Assembly (NCBI GenBank): GCA_049680185.1
Contig: JBAUHI010000076.1
Location: 4,339 to 68,338, forward strand
Direction: 5' to 3'
Source of the DNA: Gemmatimonadales bacterium
GTDB taxonomy: Bacteria; Gemmatimonadota; Gemmatimonadetes; Gemmatimonadales; GWC2-71-9
DNA: 64,000 nt
The notes under the pieces were generated by a model. It was not told the origin of the DNA. It worked only from the letters and a program-made list of their open reading frames with translations, and searched no databases. This document shows positions 44,358 to 53,927 of the stretch, in pieces (position 1 is the first letter of the stretch; the number at the start of each line of letters is the position of its first letter). The translations under genes and the position numbers were made by a program.

Positions 44358-44987
44358 TTGGGACCGCACCCCGTCACCGCGGACTCGCTCCGCACGGTGC
44401 TTGATTCGGTCTTTGCCAACGCGGCGTACGCGTGGCACGCCGTGCCCGCCAGCGTCGAACCCGTCTGGATCCGATGGCTTCGCGACGTGATCAAGTGGGT
44501 GGCAGGGCTGTGGCAACGCCTGACGGGACACGGCGGCGTCGGGTCGTCGGCGATCCCGTGGGTGTTGATGGGCATCGGCATCCTCCTGCTGGTGCACGGA
44601 CTATTCCGGATCGCATCGTCGGCGCGGGTGGCGCACGAAGCGGCGCTCGCCCATGGCGCCCTGCCCGGTACGCGCCACGATGACTCGTGGTTCCGGCAGC
44701 GTGCCGATGCGCTCGCCGCGGAGGGTCGCTTTGCCGAGGCGATGGTGGCGGCCTTTCACGGCATGATGTGGCGGCTGGACCAGCGCGGAATGGTGGCCCA
44801 CCACCCGAGCCGCACGCCGCGCGAGCTGGCCTGCGACGCCAAGGTCGGCGCGTCCGACGGCCGCACATTGGCGGTCCTGGTGGGACAGCTGTATGCTGGC
44901 GCCTTCGGTGGCCTGCCGATCGATCCGGCCCAGTACACTGCCTGGCTGATAACCCTCGACCAGCTGCGCGATGCGCCCGCGCGCTGA
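44358..44987 (+). CDS. DUF4129-like membrane-anchored protein
   Basis: TTG start abutting the upstream stop. One TM (WVLMGIGILLLVHGLF), then ...HHPSRTPRELACDA...GQLYAGAFGG, resembling the DUF4129 C-terminal pattern. Confidence 0.55.
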   Translation: MGPHPVTADSLRTVLDSVFANAAYAWHAVPASVEPVWIRWLRDVIKWVAGLWQRLTGHGGVGSSAIPWVLMGIGILLLVHGLFRIASSARVAHEAALAHGALPGTRHDDSWFRQRADALAAEGRFAEAMVAAFHGMMWRLDQRGMVAHHPSRTPRELACDAKVGASDGRTLAVLVGQLYAGAFGGLPIDPAQYTAWLITLDQLRDAPAR

Positions 44988-46197
44988 GCTGGGCCTGGCC
45001 CTGGCGCTCGGCGCGGTCGCGGCGGCGGGGCTCGCCGTCCACGCGTTCACTACCCCCGGTGCCCGTGCACTCGATCGCCGGCGCAGCACCTACCTGACCG
45101 GACCCACGGGGGCCCGGGCGTGGGTCGATGCCCTCGACCGTCTTGGCGTGACCACCGAGCGCTGGCGCCGACCCGTGGAGGTGCTGCCGACCCGTTACCC
45201 TCCGCACCAGATCCCGCTCTACGCCGTGCTCGAACCGGCGGTGCCGCTCTCATTCTTCGAGGCGCTGCAACTGGAACGATGGAGCCAGCGGACCGGCGAC
45301 CTGCTGCTGGCCGGCGCGGGGACCGACGCGGCGATGCGCTGCTTCGGGTGGGAGGTGACACCGGTCGAGCTTCGAGGGACCGCCGCCGACCTCAAGGCCG
45401 CAGGTCGGGTGGGCCAAGTGGCGGTGTCCCTCACCCAGGTCCACGCGGTGCTTACTCCTACCCGCACCGACACCGCTGATCGTCCGTCCAGTGCGGCCGA
45501 CCTTGGCGTGCTGCGCTGCCGGTCGCCGAAGCCGCTCGGGGTCGATACGTTGCTGAGGACGCCGAGCGGCGAGCCGGTGGCGGTCCGAGTGCGGGTCGAT
45601 CCCGCGACGCGGATCACCTTGGTGGCCGATGGACTGCTCTTCGCGAATGACGCCATGCGACGGTCCGACGCCGGGGAATTCTCGCTGGCGCTGGTGGTGC
45701 CGAGGTATCGTACGGTATTGGTGGATGAGTACCATCAAGGGTACAGCAGCGGGGGAACGCTCACCGGAGCGGTGCTGGCTTGGAGCGCGGAGTCGCCGTG
45801 GGGATGGGCGGCCTGGCAACTGGTGGTCGTCGGGCTCCTGGCGCTCCTGGTCGCGGCAGTGCGATTTGGCCCGGTGCTGCAAGACAGTGACCAGGAACGC
45901 CGCTCGCCGATGGAGCACGTCCACGCACTGGCCACGGCACTCGGCTCAGCGCGCGGACACGATGTCGCCGCGAGGCTGATGGTGCAGGGCCTGCAGCGAC
46001 GGCTGTCGGGTGAGCACCAGCCCCAGCGGCGATCGGTCGAGGGATGGCTGGCGCAGTTGGCGGAGCGAGTGCGCTCGCCTCGGGCCCGCGCCGCCGTCAA
46101 GGAATTGCAGTCGCTCATCGACCCGCCCCAGCCAGCCGATGCCGTGCTGCGTGCGGCCTACGCCGTGGAGGATGTGTGGCAGGAATTGAAGCGCTGA
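44971..46197 (+). CDS. DUF4350-like protein
   Basis: N-terminal TM, ...LVADGLLFANDAMRRSDAGEFSLALV...VLVDEYHQGY, late TM WQLVVVGLLALLVAAV. Its position between DUF4129 and MoxR matches the known conserved cluster. Confidence 0.55.
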   Translation: MRPRAELGLALALGAVAAAGLAVHAFTTPGARALDRRRSTYLTGPTGARAWVDALDRLGVTTERWRRPVEVLPTRYPPHQIPLYAVLEPAVPLSFFEALQLERWSQRTGDLLLAGAGTDAAMRCFGWEVTPVELRGTAADLKAAGRVGQVAVSLTQVHAVLTPTRTDTADRPSSAADLGVLRCRSPKPLGVDTLLRTPSGEPVAVRVRVDPATRITLVADGLLFANDAMRRSDAGEFSLALVVPRYRTVLVDEYHQGYSSGGTLTGAVLAWSAESPWGWAAWQLVVVGLLALLVAAVRFGPVLQDSDQERRSPMEHVHALATALGSARGHDVAARLMVQGLQRRLSGEHQPQRRSVEGWLAQLAERVRSPRARAAVKELQSLIDPPQPADAVLRAAYAVEDVWQELKR

Positions 46198-47156
46198 CGC
46201 CGGACGCTGCCCGCGGCCTGTCGGAGGTGGCGCGCCGGATCGAGCGAGAGGTGGCGACGGTCGTCCTCGGACAGCCGGAGGCCGGGCGCGACATCGTGGT
46301 GACGCTGATGGCTCGCGGGCACGTGTTGCTCGAAGGCGTGCCAGGCACCGCCAAGACCCTCCTGGTCCGGGCGCTGGCCCGCGCGGTCGGGGTCGGCTTC
46401 CGCCGGATCCAGTTCACTCCGGACCTGATGCCGTCGGACATCACGGGCGTCAGTCTCCTCACCGGGCAGGGGCAGTTCACCTTCCGGGCCGGCCCGATCT
46501 TCTCCGACTTTGTCCTTGCCGACGAGATCAACCGCGCGCCTGCGAAGACGCAGGCGGCACTGCTGGAGGCGATGCAGGAACGCAGTGTCACCATCGACGG
46601 CGAGTCCCATCCGCTGCCGGTGCCATTCACGGTGTTCGCGACGCAGAACCCGGTGGAATTCGAGGGGACCTATCCGCTGCCCGAAGCGGAGCTCGATCGG
46701 TTCCTGGTCAAGGTGCTGGTGGGTTATCCCGATGCCACCGCCGAACAGGGGATCCTGGCCCGGGTGCTCGGCGGATTCGAGTCCGACGATCCGTCCAGCT
46801 TCGGCACCAAGGCGGTGCTCGATGCCAAAGGGCTGGCCGAATTGCGGGCCGCGACCCGTGCGGTCCGGGCCGAACCGGCTGTGACGCAGTATGTGACCGC
46901 ACTCGTGCGTGCCACTCGCGGGGCGCCCTCGCTCTCGATGGGCGCCTCACCCCGGGCCACGGTATCACTCCTCAAGGCGAGCCAGGCCGCCGCACTCCTC
47001 GAGGGACGCGAATACGTGACGCCCGATGACGTGAAGGCGATGGCCCCGGCGGTGCTCCGGCATCGAGTGGTGGTGGCACCGGAGCTCGACCTCGAGGGGC
47101 TTTCGCCCGATAGCGCGCTGGAGGGGATCCTGCGGTCCGTTGAGGTACCGCGCTGA
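46176..47156 (+). CDS. MoxR-family AAA+ ATPase
   Basis: VLLEGVPGTAKTLLVRALA (Walker A), LADEINRAPAKTQAALLEAMQE (Walker B/sensor), ATQNPVEFEGTYPLPEAELDRF. The start is inferred at the in-frame GTG 46176. Confidence 0.88.
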   Translation: MAGIEALTPDAARGLSEVARRIEREVATVVLGQPEAGRDIVVTLMARGHVLLEGVPGTAKTLLVRALARAVGVGFRRIQFTPDLMPSDITGVSLLTGQGQFTFRAGPIFSDFVLADEINRAPAKTQAALLEAMQERSVTIDGESHPLPVPFTVFATQNPVEFEGTYPLPEAELDRFLVKVLVGYPDATAEQGILARVLGGFESDDPSSFGTKAVLDAKGLAELRAATRAVRAEPAVTQYVTALVRATRGAPSLSMGASPRATVSLLKASQAAALLEGREYVTPDDVKAMAPAVLRHRVVVAPELDLEGLSPDSALEGILRSVEVPR

Positions 47157-47198
47157 GACGCGACGAATAACGATCATTCACCATTGCCTGGAGTCCAT

Positions 47199-49148
47199 AT
47201 GCGCGTCCGCTCGTCCGTCCTCTTCGTCCTGATCGGCCTCATGCCGGTGCCGATCGTGGCGCAGCAGCCGCCGCGTGCGGTGCGCCGCACCATTCCGATC
47301 ACCCGCGCCTTCGCCGCCGGGCTCGCCTCGGGCGCCCGGGATTCCCTCGGCACGCCAGGGGCCAAGTACTGGCAGCTGAGCACCGACTACGTGATCGATG
47401 CTAAGCTCGATGTCACCACCGGGCTCCTCACCGGCCACGAGACCGTGACCATCACCAATCCGAGCGACTCGACGCTCGGCGTGGTGTACATCCGGCTGCT
47501 CCAGAACCTCTTTGCCCCCGATGTCGAGCGAGCCGAGACCGTCCCCGAACTTACCGATGGGATCAAAGTCACCCGGCTCGTCGCCAACGGCACTGCGGTG
47601 AATGTCGACAGCGTGGCGGCACAATGGAGTCACACGACCATCGTCCGGGTGCGGCTCAAGCAGCCGATCCCTGCGCACGGGAACGGGACCCTTGAGGCCG
47701 ATTGGTCGTTCACTGTTCCCAATGTGCCGCTCGATGAGCGGGGGGAGCGGATGGGCGACTGGGGCCACCGTTTGTACCAGGTGGCGCAGTGGTATCCGCA
47801 ACTGGCGATGTACGACGACCTCCGCGGCTGGAACACTGATCCGCATCTCGGCACAGCGGAGTTCTTCAACAACTTCGGTTCGTTCGACGTGCACCTCGAC
47901 CTGCCCGCCGGATGGCTCGTCGGCGCCACCGGTGTGCTCCAGGACCCTGATTCGGTCCTCACGCCGATGGTGCGGCAGCGGCTGTCCCACGCCACTGACA
48001 GCGACAGCCAGATCAGCATCGTGACGGCCGATGAACGCGGGGCGGGGAAGGCCACCCTGGCCGGCGATCGGTTGATGTGGCACTTCAAGGCCGACAGCGT
48101 CGCCGATTTCGCGTGGGCCACCTCCAACGAGTACGTCTGGGACGCCACCCGTGCCACGATCCCCGGGAAGGGCGTCATCCCGATCAACCTCTTCTACTGG
48201 CCGGAGCACACGGAATACAAGAAGACGGGCGTCTACGCCCGGCACGCGCTCGAGTTCTACTCGAAGCTCTGGATGCCATACGCATTCCCGCAGCTGACCC
48301 AGGTGGATGGTCCCGAGGGCGGGATGGAGTATCCGATGTTCATCATGAGCGGCGCCGGACGCGGGGTGACTGACCATGAGACGGGGCACGAGTGGTGGCC
48401 GATGATGGTGGGCGTCAACGAGACCTGGTACGGCTGGATGGATGAAGGATTCAACCAGTACATGAATCGGCTCTCGGATTTCGACTTCCACCGCCAACCC
48501 GCCAACAACGATTCGCTGGGGCAGGCGTACGGCCGAGTGTCGGGTCGTGAGACCGAGCCGATCATGATGTGGGATGGGAACTACGCCGGTCCGATGTACA
48601 GCTTCACCACCTACGGCAAGGCGCCGCTCATGCTCTCCGCGCTCGGTGGCATCGTGGGAGACACCGCCGTCTGGCATGCGATGAGTGTGTACGCCCACGC
48701 CTGGCGCTTCAAGCATCCCTCGCCGTGGGACTTCATGTTCGCGATGGACCATCAGCTGCATCGCGACCTGGGGTGGTTCTGGTATTACTGGCTCTTCACC
48801 ACTGAATCGGTGGACGGGTCGATCAGCAAGGTGGCCGTCAAGAACGGGCGGACGCTCGTCACCGTGCACCAGGCGGGAGAGATGCCTTCGCCGGTGGTGC
48901 TGCGGGTCGAGTTTTCCGTGGATGGTCCCGCCATCCGGCCGATGAAGAACGCGGTGATCTCGGGGAATGCCGCGACCGTGACCTGGCCGGTGGATGTCTG
49001 GTTCGGCGGCGCGCGCGACTTCACGGCGTCACTCGACTTCGGGGGCCGCAAGATCGAACGCATCACCCTCGATCCGGGGATGCGCTTCCCGGACCGCGAT
49101 CCAGGTGACAACAGCTGGCCCCGCACCCCGGTGCCGCCGGCGAAGTGA
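47199..49148 (+). CDS. Secreted M1-family zinc metallopeptidase
   Basis: ATG 47199 with GGAG upstream. Signal peptide MRVRSSVLFVLIGLMPVPIVAQQ. HETGHEWW-x-E: HExxH plus a Glu 19 residues after the second His (HExxH-X18-E). Confidence 0.85.
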   Translation: MRVRSSVLFVLIGLMPVPIVAQQPPRAVRRTIPITRAFAAGLASGARDSLGTPGAKYWQLSTDYVIDAKLDVTTGLLTGHETVTITNPSDSTLGVVYIRLLQNLFAPDVERAETVPELTDGIKVTRLVANGTAVNVDSVAAQWSHTTIVRVRLKQPIPAHGNGTLEADWSFTVPNVPLDERGERMGDWGHRLYQVAQWYPQLAMYDDLRGWNTDPHLGTAEFFNNFGSFDVHLDLPAGWLVGATGVLQDPDSVLTPMVRQRLSHATDSDSQISIVTADERGAGKATLAGDRLMWHFKADSVADFAWATSNEYVWDATRATIPGKGVIPINLFYWPEHTEYKKTGVYARHALEFYSKLWMPYAFPQLTQVDGPEGGMEYPMFIMSGAGRGVTDHETGHEWWPMMVGVNETWYGWMDEGFNQYMNRLSDFDFHRQPANNDSLGQAYGRVSGRETEPIMMWDGNYAGPMYSFTTYGKAPLMLSALGGIVGDTAVWHAMSVYAHAWRFKHPSPWDFMFAMDHQLHRDLGWFWYYWLFTTESVDGSISKVAVKNGRTLVTVHQAGEMPSPVVLRVEFSVDGPAIRPMKNAVISGNAATVTWPVDVWFGGARDFTASLDFGGRKIERITLDPGMRFPDRDPGDNSWPRTPVPPAK

Positions 49149-50461
49149 TCCCGCTCCCGACCCGTCGGTGGCTCCGGATCGCCGCCGGGCTCGCCATCGT
49201 CGCACCCCTGGCGCTGGTCTGGCCGGGGGCCGCGGCGGCAGTGCTCGTGGTGGATCTCCTCTGGGTCGGCGCCTTCTGGCTTGATTGGTCGCTCTCGCCC
49301 GATGCGGAGGATATCTCGGTCATTCGCGAGGCACCGACGGCATTCAGCGTCGGGCGCTCCTTCCCGGTGCGATATCGATGGTCTCGCAACAGCGCGGCCC
49401 CGTTCTTCGCGTTGGTGCGCGAGGAATGTCCGGCGCCACTCGTCGAGGGCCCGAGCCCAGTGCGGCGCCTCCGAGTCCCTCCGGAAGGCGCCATCGAGAT
49501 CATCACCATCCATCCGATTCGACGGGGTCGCGGAAGCGCCGGTGCATTCTCCCTTCGGCTCGGCGGTCCGCTCGGTCTCGCGTGGTCACAGGGAACGATC
49601 GAGCTTCCCTGGACCGCGACGGTCTTTCCCGACCTGAGTGCAGTGGCGCTGCACGCGCTGCCCACCCAATCAGCGCGGCGGCGAGAGGCGGGGCTCCGCA
49701 ACGTCCGACGGCTGGGCGAGGGGCGCGTCTTCGAGACCCTGCGCGACTGGGTCCCCGGCGATGACGTCCGCAGCATCGACTGGAAGGCCACCGCGCGTCG
49801 CGGCAAGACGATGGCGCGCCAGTACGAGGATGAGCGTCGGCAGCAGGTGCTCATCGTGATCGATGCCGGCCGGATGCTCACCGCGGAGGTGCGCGGACGC
49901 CCTCGGCTCGAGTCGGCGATCGATGCGGCGCTCCAGCTCGCCTGGACCGCCATCGAGGGCGACGACAACGTCGGACTGCTGGTCTTTGCTGACACCATCC
50001 AGCATTGGCTCCCGCCGCGCCGCGGGAAGCGGGCGTTGCAGGGGATCCTCGAAGCGCTCGCCACCGTCGAAGGGAAGCTGGTCGAACCCGACTATCCGGG
50101 TGCGTTCACACATTTGGCGCTCCGGAACCGGAAGCGCGCGCTGACCGTGCTCTTCACCGACGTGATCGACCGTACTGCCAGTGATGCGCTGCTGGCACAA
50201 GCGGGAACACTCCGTCCGCGTCACCTGCCGCTGGCCGTGACATTCCGGAACCCCGAGCTCGAGGCGCTGGCGCTTCGTCCACCGGAGAGCGTCGAGGAGG
50301 CGTACGAACGTGCCGCGGCGGAGGAGCTTCTGGTGTCGCGGGCCGAGGCGCTGGCGGTGGTTCGGAGGCGAGGGGTGCTGGTGCTTGACGTTCTGCCCGA
50401 AGGTGCCGCCCGTGCGGTGGTGGAGCGGTACCGGCAGCTCAAGCGGAGAGGGATGTTGTAG
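49145..50461 (+). CDS. DUF58 (vWA-like) protein, usual MoxR partner
   Basis: GTGA overlap with the peptidase gene. Two N-terminal TM segments. FETLRDWVPGDDVRSIDWKATARRGKTMARQYEDERRQQVLIVIDAGRMLT (DUF58 signature). Confidence 0.85.
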   Translation: MIPLPTRRWLRIAAGLAIVAPLALVWPGAAAAVLVVDLLWVGAFWLDWSLSPDAEDISVIREAPTAFSVGRSFPVRYRWSRNSAAPFFALVREECPAPLVEGPSPVRRLRVPPEGAIEIITIHPIRRGRGSAGAFSLRLGGPLGLAWSQGTIELPWTATVFPDLSAVALHALPTQSARRREAGLRNVRRLGEGRVFETLRDWVPGDDVRSIDWKATARRGKTMARQYEDERRQQVLIVIDAGRMLTAEVRGRPRLESAIDAALQLAWTAIEGDDNVGLLVFADTIQHWLPPRRGKRALQGILEALATVEGKLVEPDYPGAFTHLALRNRKRALTVLFTDVIDRTASDALLAQAGTLRPRHLPLAVTFRNPELEALALRPPESVEEAYERAAAEELLVSRAEALAVVRRRGVLVLDVLPEGAARAVVERYRQLKRRGML

Positions 50462-50464
50462 GGG

Positions 50465-50544
50465 GGTGAACGGTCAACGGTGAACGGGCCCTCGGTCGAG
50501 ATTCTGCCTGGGGACCCGTTCACCGTTCACCCTTTACCGTTCAC
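50465..50544. repeat. Heptamer-array inverted repeat element, copy E
   Basis: GGTGAACGG TCAACGG TGAACGG GCCC -26 nt- GGGA CCCGTTCA CCGTTCA CCCTTTA CCGTTCA C. It lies in the convergent gap, and its last unit contains the DUF4031 stop codon. Confidence 0.85.
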
Positions 50545-50798
50545 TTCCTCTGCGCCTGCAGGTGCTGGATAAGGTCGCGGGTCCGCTCGAACACGGTCAC
50601 CTCAGGATCCACCAAGGCGCGTTCTCGCGGCTCGAGCTTGAGGTCGAGGTGCACGCGGTGGCCGTCCCCGAACTGCAGCGCCCGCGGCGGGGCACCGACC
50701 CGCACGCGGAGCTCCTCGAGTTCGGTCAGGTCGTCGGTGTCGCTCACGACGTGAGACCATCCCCGCGCCAGCAGATTCTCCCGGTCCATCAGCAGCAT
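50541..50798 (-). CDS. DUF4031-like small protein (85 aa)
   Basis: ATG at 50798: MLLMDRENLLARGWSHVVSDTDDLTELEELRVRVGAPPRALQFGDGHRVHLDLKLEPRERAL... resembles the DUF4031 pattern (W-H-L/V-x-S/D ... HYDL). The rest of the 198-aa track ORF is not credible. Confidence 0.55.
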   Translation of the reverse strand: MLLMDRENLLARGWSHVVSDTDDLTELEELRVRVGAPPRALQFGDGHRVHLDLKLEPRERALVDPEVTVFERTRDLIQHLQAQRK

Positions 50799-50924
50799 CA
50801 GTGCGTGTTCATCATGTGATGATTGGTGGATGTGGCAACGCCTTCCACCGGGAACATCGCCGGCATGCACGCCGGATGGAAGCACCGCGCGCCCGACGAT
50901 CCGTGATGTGCTCGAGGCCCCTAC

Positions 50925-50953
50925 TTGACGCATCAAGAAATATTGGTATATAT
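50925..50953 (+). promoter_or_regulatory. Sigma-70-type promoter for arsR, probably giving a leaderless mRNA; contains small palindromes (candidate ArsR operator)
   Basis: TTGACG (50925-30), 16-17 nt spacer, TATATA/ATATAT (50947-53), then ATG at 50959, about 7 nt after the -10. TTGAcgcaTCAA and AATATT palindromes lie inside. Confidence 0.5.
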
Positions 50954-50958
50954 GGGCC

Positions 50959-51264
50959 ATGGCCACTGCTGCTGCGCCTTCGATCTCGGCACTCGCCCGC
51001 GTCTTCCACGCGCTTTCGGACGAGACCCGGCTTGGCATCCTGGCGCGTCTGACCCACGGCGAGCGATGCGTCTGCGAACTTACCGACGAGCTCGATGCCG
51101 CCCAGTCCCGCCTCTCTTTCCACCTCAGGGTGCTCAAGGAGGCGGGGCTCGTCAGCGATCGGCGGGAGGGACGCTGGATGTACTACACCCTCCAGCCGGA
51201 TGTCCTTGCCGAGGCGGGCGTGGCACTCGGAGAATGGCCGCAAGTGGGGAAGAAGTGCTGCTAG
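50959..51264 (+). CDS. arsR: ArsR/SmtB family metalloregulator
   Basis: LSDETRLGILARLTHGERCVCELTDELDAAQSRLSFHLRVLKEAGLV (wHTH with CVC metalloid site). Confidence 0.9.
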   Translation: MATAAAPSISALARVFHALSDETRLGILARLTHGERCVCELTDELDAAQSRLSFHLRVLKEAGLVSDRREGRWMYYTLQPDVLAEAGVALGEWPQVGKKCC

Positions 51265-51327
51265 GGTCCTGATCGGGGTGCCGCGACCACGCGGCGTGTT
51301 CAACATATCAACGAAAGTTGGTGTACG

Positions 51328-52179
51328 GTGGATCACAGCGAACTCAAGGAAACGGTGCGGGAGAAGTACGGGCAGGCGGCGCTCCGGGTGGTGGAAGGGC
51401 AGGCGAACAGCTGTTGCGGCGGGAGCGCCAGTTGCGGTCCGGATCCCATCACCAGCGATCTCTACTCCAAGCTCGATACCGAGGGCCTTCCCTCCGATGC
51501 GGTCCTTGCAAGTCTCGGATGTGGCAACCCGACCGCGCTGGCCGAACTCAAGGCGGGTGAGGTGGTGCTGGACCTGGGGTCGGGAGGCGGGCTCGATGTG
51601 CTCCTCTCCGCTCGACGGGTGGGCCCGACCGGCAAGGCGTACGGCCTCGACATGACCGACGAGATGCTCGCACTGGCTCGCGCCAACCAGGCCTCGGCGG
51701 GTGCCACCAACGTCGAGTTCCTGAAGGGCGAGATCGAACGCATCCCGCTCCCCGACGCGTCCGTCGACGTGATCATCTCCAATTGCGTCATCAATCTCTC
51801 CGGCGACAAGCGTACCGTGCTCGGGGAGGCGTTCCGGGTGCTCAAGCCCGGCGGGCGCCTGGCCGTTTCCGACGTGGTGGTGCGGGGCACCATTCCCACA
51901 CCGGTCCGGAAGAGCATGGAACTCTGGGTGGGGTGCGTGGCAGGCGCCCTGGAGGAACAGGAATTCCTCAGCCTTCTCTCCGACGTGGGGTTCACCGGCG
52001 GGTCGGTCGAGCCTACCCGGGTCTACGAGTTCGAGGACGCCAAGGCGTTCCTCACGCCGGCTGGGTTCGACTCCGAGGTGCTCGCACGCGAGGTCGGCGG
52101 GCGGGTGATGGGCGCCTTCGTGCGCGCGACGAAGCCCGCAACGGCCAAGAGCTGTTGCGGGCCGGACTGCTGTCATTGA
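51328..52179 (+). CDS. arsM: Arsenite S-adenosylmethionine methyltransferase
   Basis: KEKYG..., N-terminal Cys cluster [14 protein letters not shown] motif [19 protein letters not shown]-terminal Cys-rich SCCGPDCCH. Adjacent to arsR. Confidence 0.85.
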   Translation: MDHSELKETVREKYGQAALRVVEGQANSCCGGSASCGPDPITSDLYSKLDTEGLPSDAVLASLGCGNPTALAELKAGEVVLDLGSGGGLDVLLSARRVGPTGKAYGLDMTDEMLALARANQASAGATNVEFLKGEIERIPLPDASVDVIISNCVINLSGDKRTVLGEAFRVLKPGGRLAVSDVVVRGTIPTPVRKSMELWVGCVAGALEEQEFLSLLSDVGFTGGSVEPTRVYEFEDAKAFLTPAGFDSEVLAREVGGRVMGAFVRATKPATAKSCCGPDCCH

Positions 52180-52201
52180 TGCACGGCCTGAGCTGCCGCG
52201 A

Positions 52202-53107
52202 TCAGGGCTTCGTGGCCGCTGGATGGCAGACCAGCACCGGCACCTCGGCCGACCGGATGACCTTGTCGGCCACGCTGCCCAGCACCAGACGTCCGAGCCC
52301 GGTGCGTCCATGGGTGCTGATCGCGATGAGGTCGGCCCCCTCGGTCCGTGCCCGATCGACCAGCCACGCCGCAGCGTTGGTCGACTCGCCGAGGGCGGTG
52401 CGCACCGGCACACCGGCGCTGGTCAGGCGTTTCGCGCTGGCCGTCAGGTAGTGCTCGGCGGCGGTGCGGAGCTCCTGGGTGGTGGTCATCGGTGGAACGA
52501 TCGGCATCTCGAAGGCGAGCGGTGTGATGACCGCGGGTGCCACGCATCGGGCCAAGACGAGCGTCCCCTGGGGGGCCAGGAGCGCCCGGGCCGCCGGGAT
52601 CGCGGTCTCCGAGAGAGGGCTCCCATCGACCGCCACCAGGGCCACGTGGAAGCGCGGCCCGATCTTCCGCCCACCGTCAGGCCGGAGCAGGAGCACCTGC
52701 CCATCGAGGGTACGAAGCAGGCGGTCGGCCACGCTGCCCAGCCACGCGCGCACCACAGGTCCTCGGCCGTGGGTGCACATCACCACCAAATCCACGTTCT
52801 GCTCGCGCGCGAATCGCTCCACTTCGGTTGCCGGATCGCCATCGACGACCGTGGCCATGGCGGTGATGCCGAAGGCCTTGGCGGTCTCCTCAGCGACATC
52901 GCCGGCATACGTCACCAAATTCGTCCGGATCGCGGTGTGGATCGTCTCGGCCTGCAGGAGCGGCTCGTCCGGCGCCATCGTGGGCAGGGGCGCGTTCACA
53001 GCAATAATGTCGAGGTGAGCACCATCCGCGCGGGCAATGGCCGCCGCGAGCTCGAGTGCCTGTTCGGCGAAAGGACCACCATCGAGTGGGACCAGGATCC
53101 GGCGCAT
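52202..53107 (-). CDS. Universal stress protein, tandem Usp domains
   Basis: Two repeats, each ending in a G-x2-G-x9-GS-like motif (THGRGPVVRAWLGSVADRLL; THGRTGLGRLVLGSVADKVI). Confidence 0.85.
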   Translation of the reverse strand: MRRILVPLDGGPFAEQALELAAAIARADGAHLDIIAVNAPLPTMAPDEPLLQAETIHTAIRTNLVTYAGDVAEETAKAFGITAMATVVDGDPATEVERFAREQNVDLVVMCTHGRGPVVRAWLGSVADRLLRTLDGQVLLLRPDGGRKIGPRFHVALVAVDGSPLSETAIPAARALLAPQGTLVLARCVAPAVITPLAFEMPIVPPMTTTQELRTAAEHYLTASAKRLTSAGVPVRTALGESTNAAAWLVDRARTEGADLIAISTHGRTGLGRLVLGSVADKVIRSAEVPVLVCHPAATKP

Positions 53108-53231
53108 GGGACCTTCCTATGGATGGGTCGCCGGCGGGGCTGGGCCACGTCGCGGTCGGCACGCGCCTAGTGTACCCATTTGACGATGAAGATTTTCTGA
53201 ACCTGGGGGGAGCTTCGTCTCAGCGAGGCGA

Positions 53232-53927
53232 TCAGCGTTCCACGAACAGCCGATAGCCGACCCCGGGCTCTGTAAGGAATAGCTCTGGTTGGGTGGGGTC
53301 CCGTTCGATCTTGTGCCGGAGCTGGGTCATGTACACGCGGAGGTAGTGGGTCTGGGTCGCGGCGTTGGGTCCCCAGACCTCACGCAGCAGCTGGCGATGC
53401 GTCAGCACCTTCCCGGAATGCCGGGCCAACTCGGCCAGCAGCTTGTACTCGGTGCGGGTGAGGTGCACTTCCTTCCCGTCCACCCGTACGATCCGCCCCG
53501 CCAGGTCCACTTCGAGCCGCCCCGCGCGCACGATGGGCTCGCCAGCGGCCGGCTCGGCCGCATGCCGCAGGGCCACCCGCATCCGGGCCAGCAGTTCGCC
53601 GACGCCGAAGGGTTTGGTGAGATAGTCGTCGGCGCCAGCGTCGAGCGCCGCGACCTTGTCGTCCTCCCGGCCGCGTGCGGAAAGGACGATGATCGGCATC
53701 CGGCTCCACTCGCGGATCTGGCGGGTCACGTCGATCCCATCGCCATCGGGAAGGCCGAGGTCGAGGAGGACGAGATCGGGGCGACGCGCCGCGGCCTGCG
53801 CCAGGGCTTCCCGCGCGGTCCCGACCTCGACGAGTTCATACTCCGAAGCGCCGAGCGCGTTGCGGAGGAAACGCCGCATCTGGGGTTCGTCTTCCGCCAG
53901 GAGGACGACAGGACTCGGGCCGCTCAC
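53232..53927 (-). CDS. kdpE: Response regulator KdpE (OmpR family)
   Basis: VLLAEDEPQMRRF...LLDLGLPDGDG...VLSAR (receiver). LTRTEYKLLAELARHSGKVLTHRQLLREVWG (winged helix). 4-nt overlap with kdpD. Confidence 0.9.
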   Translation of the reverse strand: MSGPSPVVLLAEDEPQMRRFLRNALGASEYELVEVGTAREALAQAAARRPDLVLLDLGLPDGDGIDVTRQIREWSRMPIIVLSARGREDDKVAALDAGADDYLTKPFGVGELLARMRVALRHAAEPAAGEPIVRAGRLEVDLAGRIVRVDGKEVHLTRTEYKLLAELARHSGKVLTHRQLLREVWGPNAATQTHYLRVYMTQLRHKIERDPTQPELFLTEPGVGYRLFVER

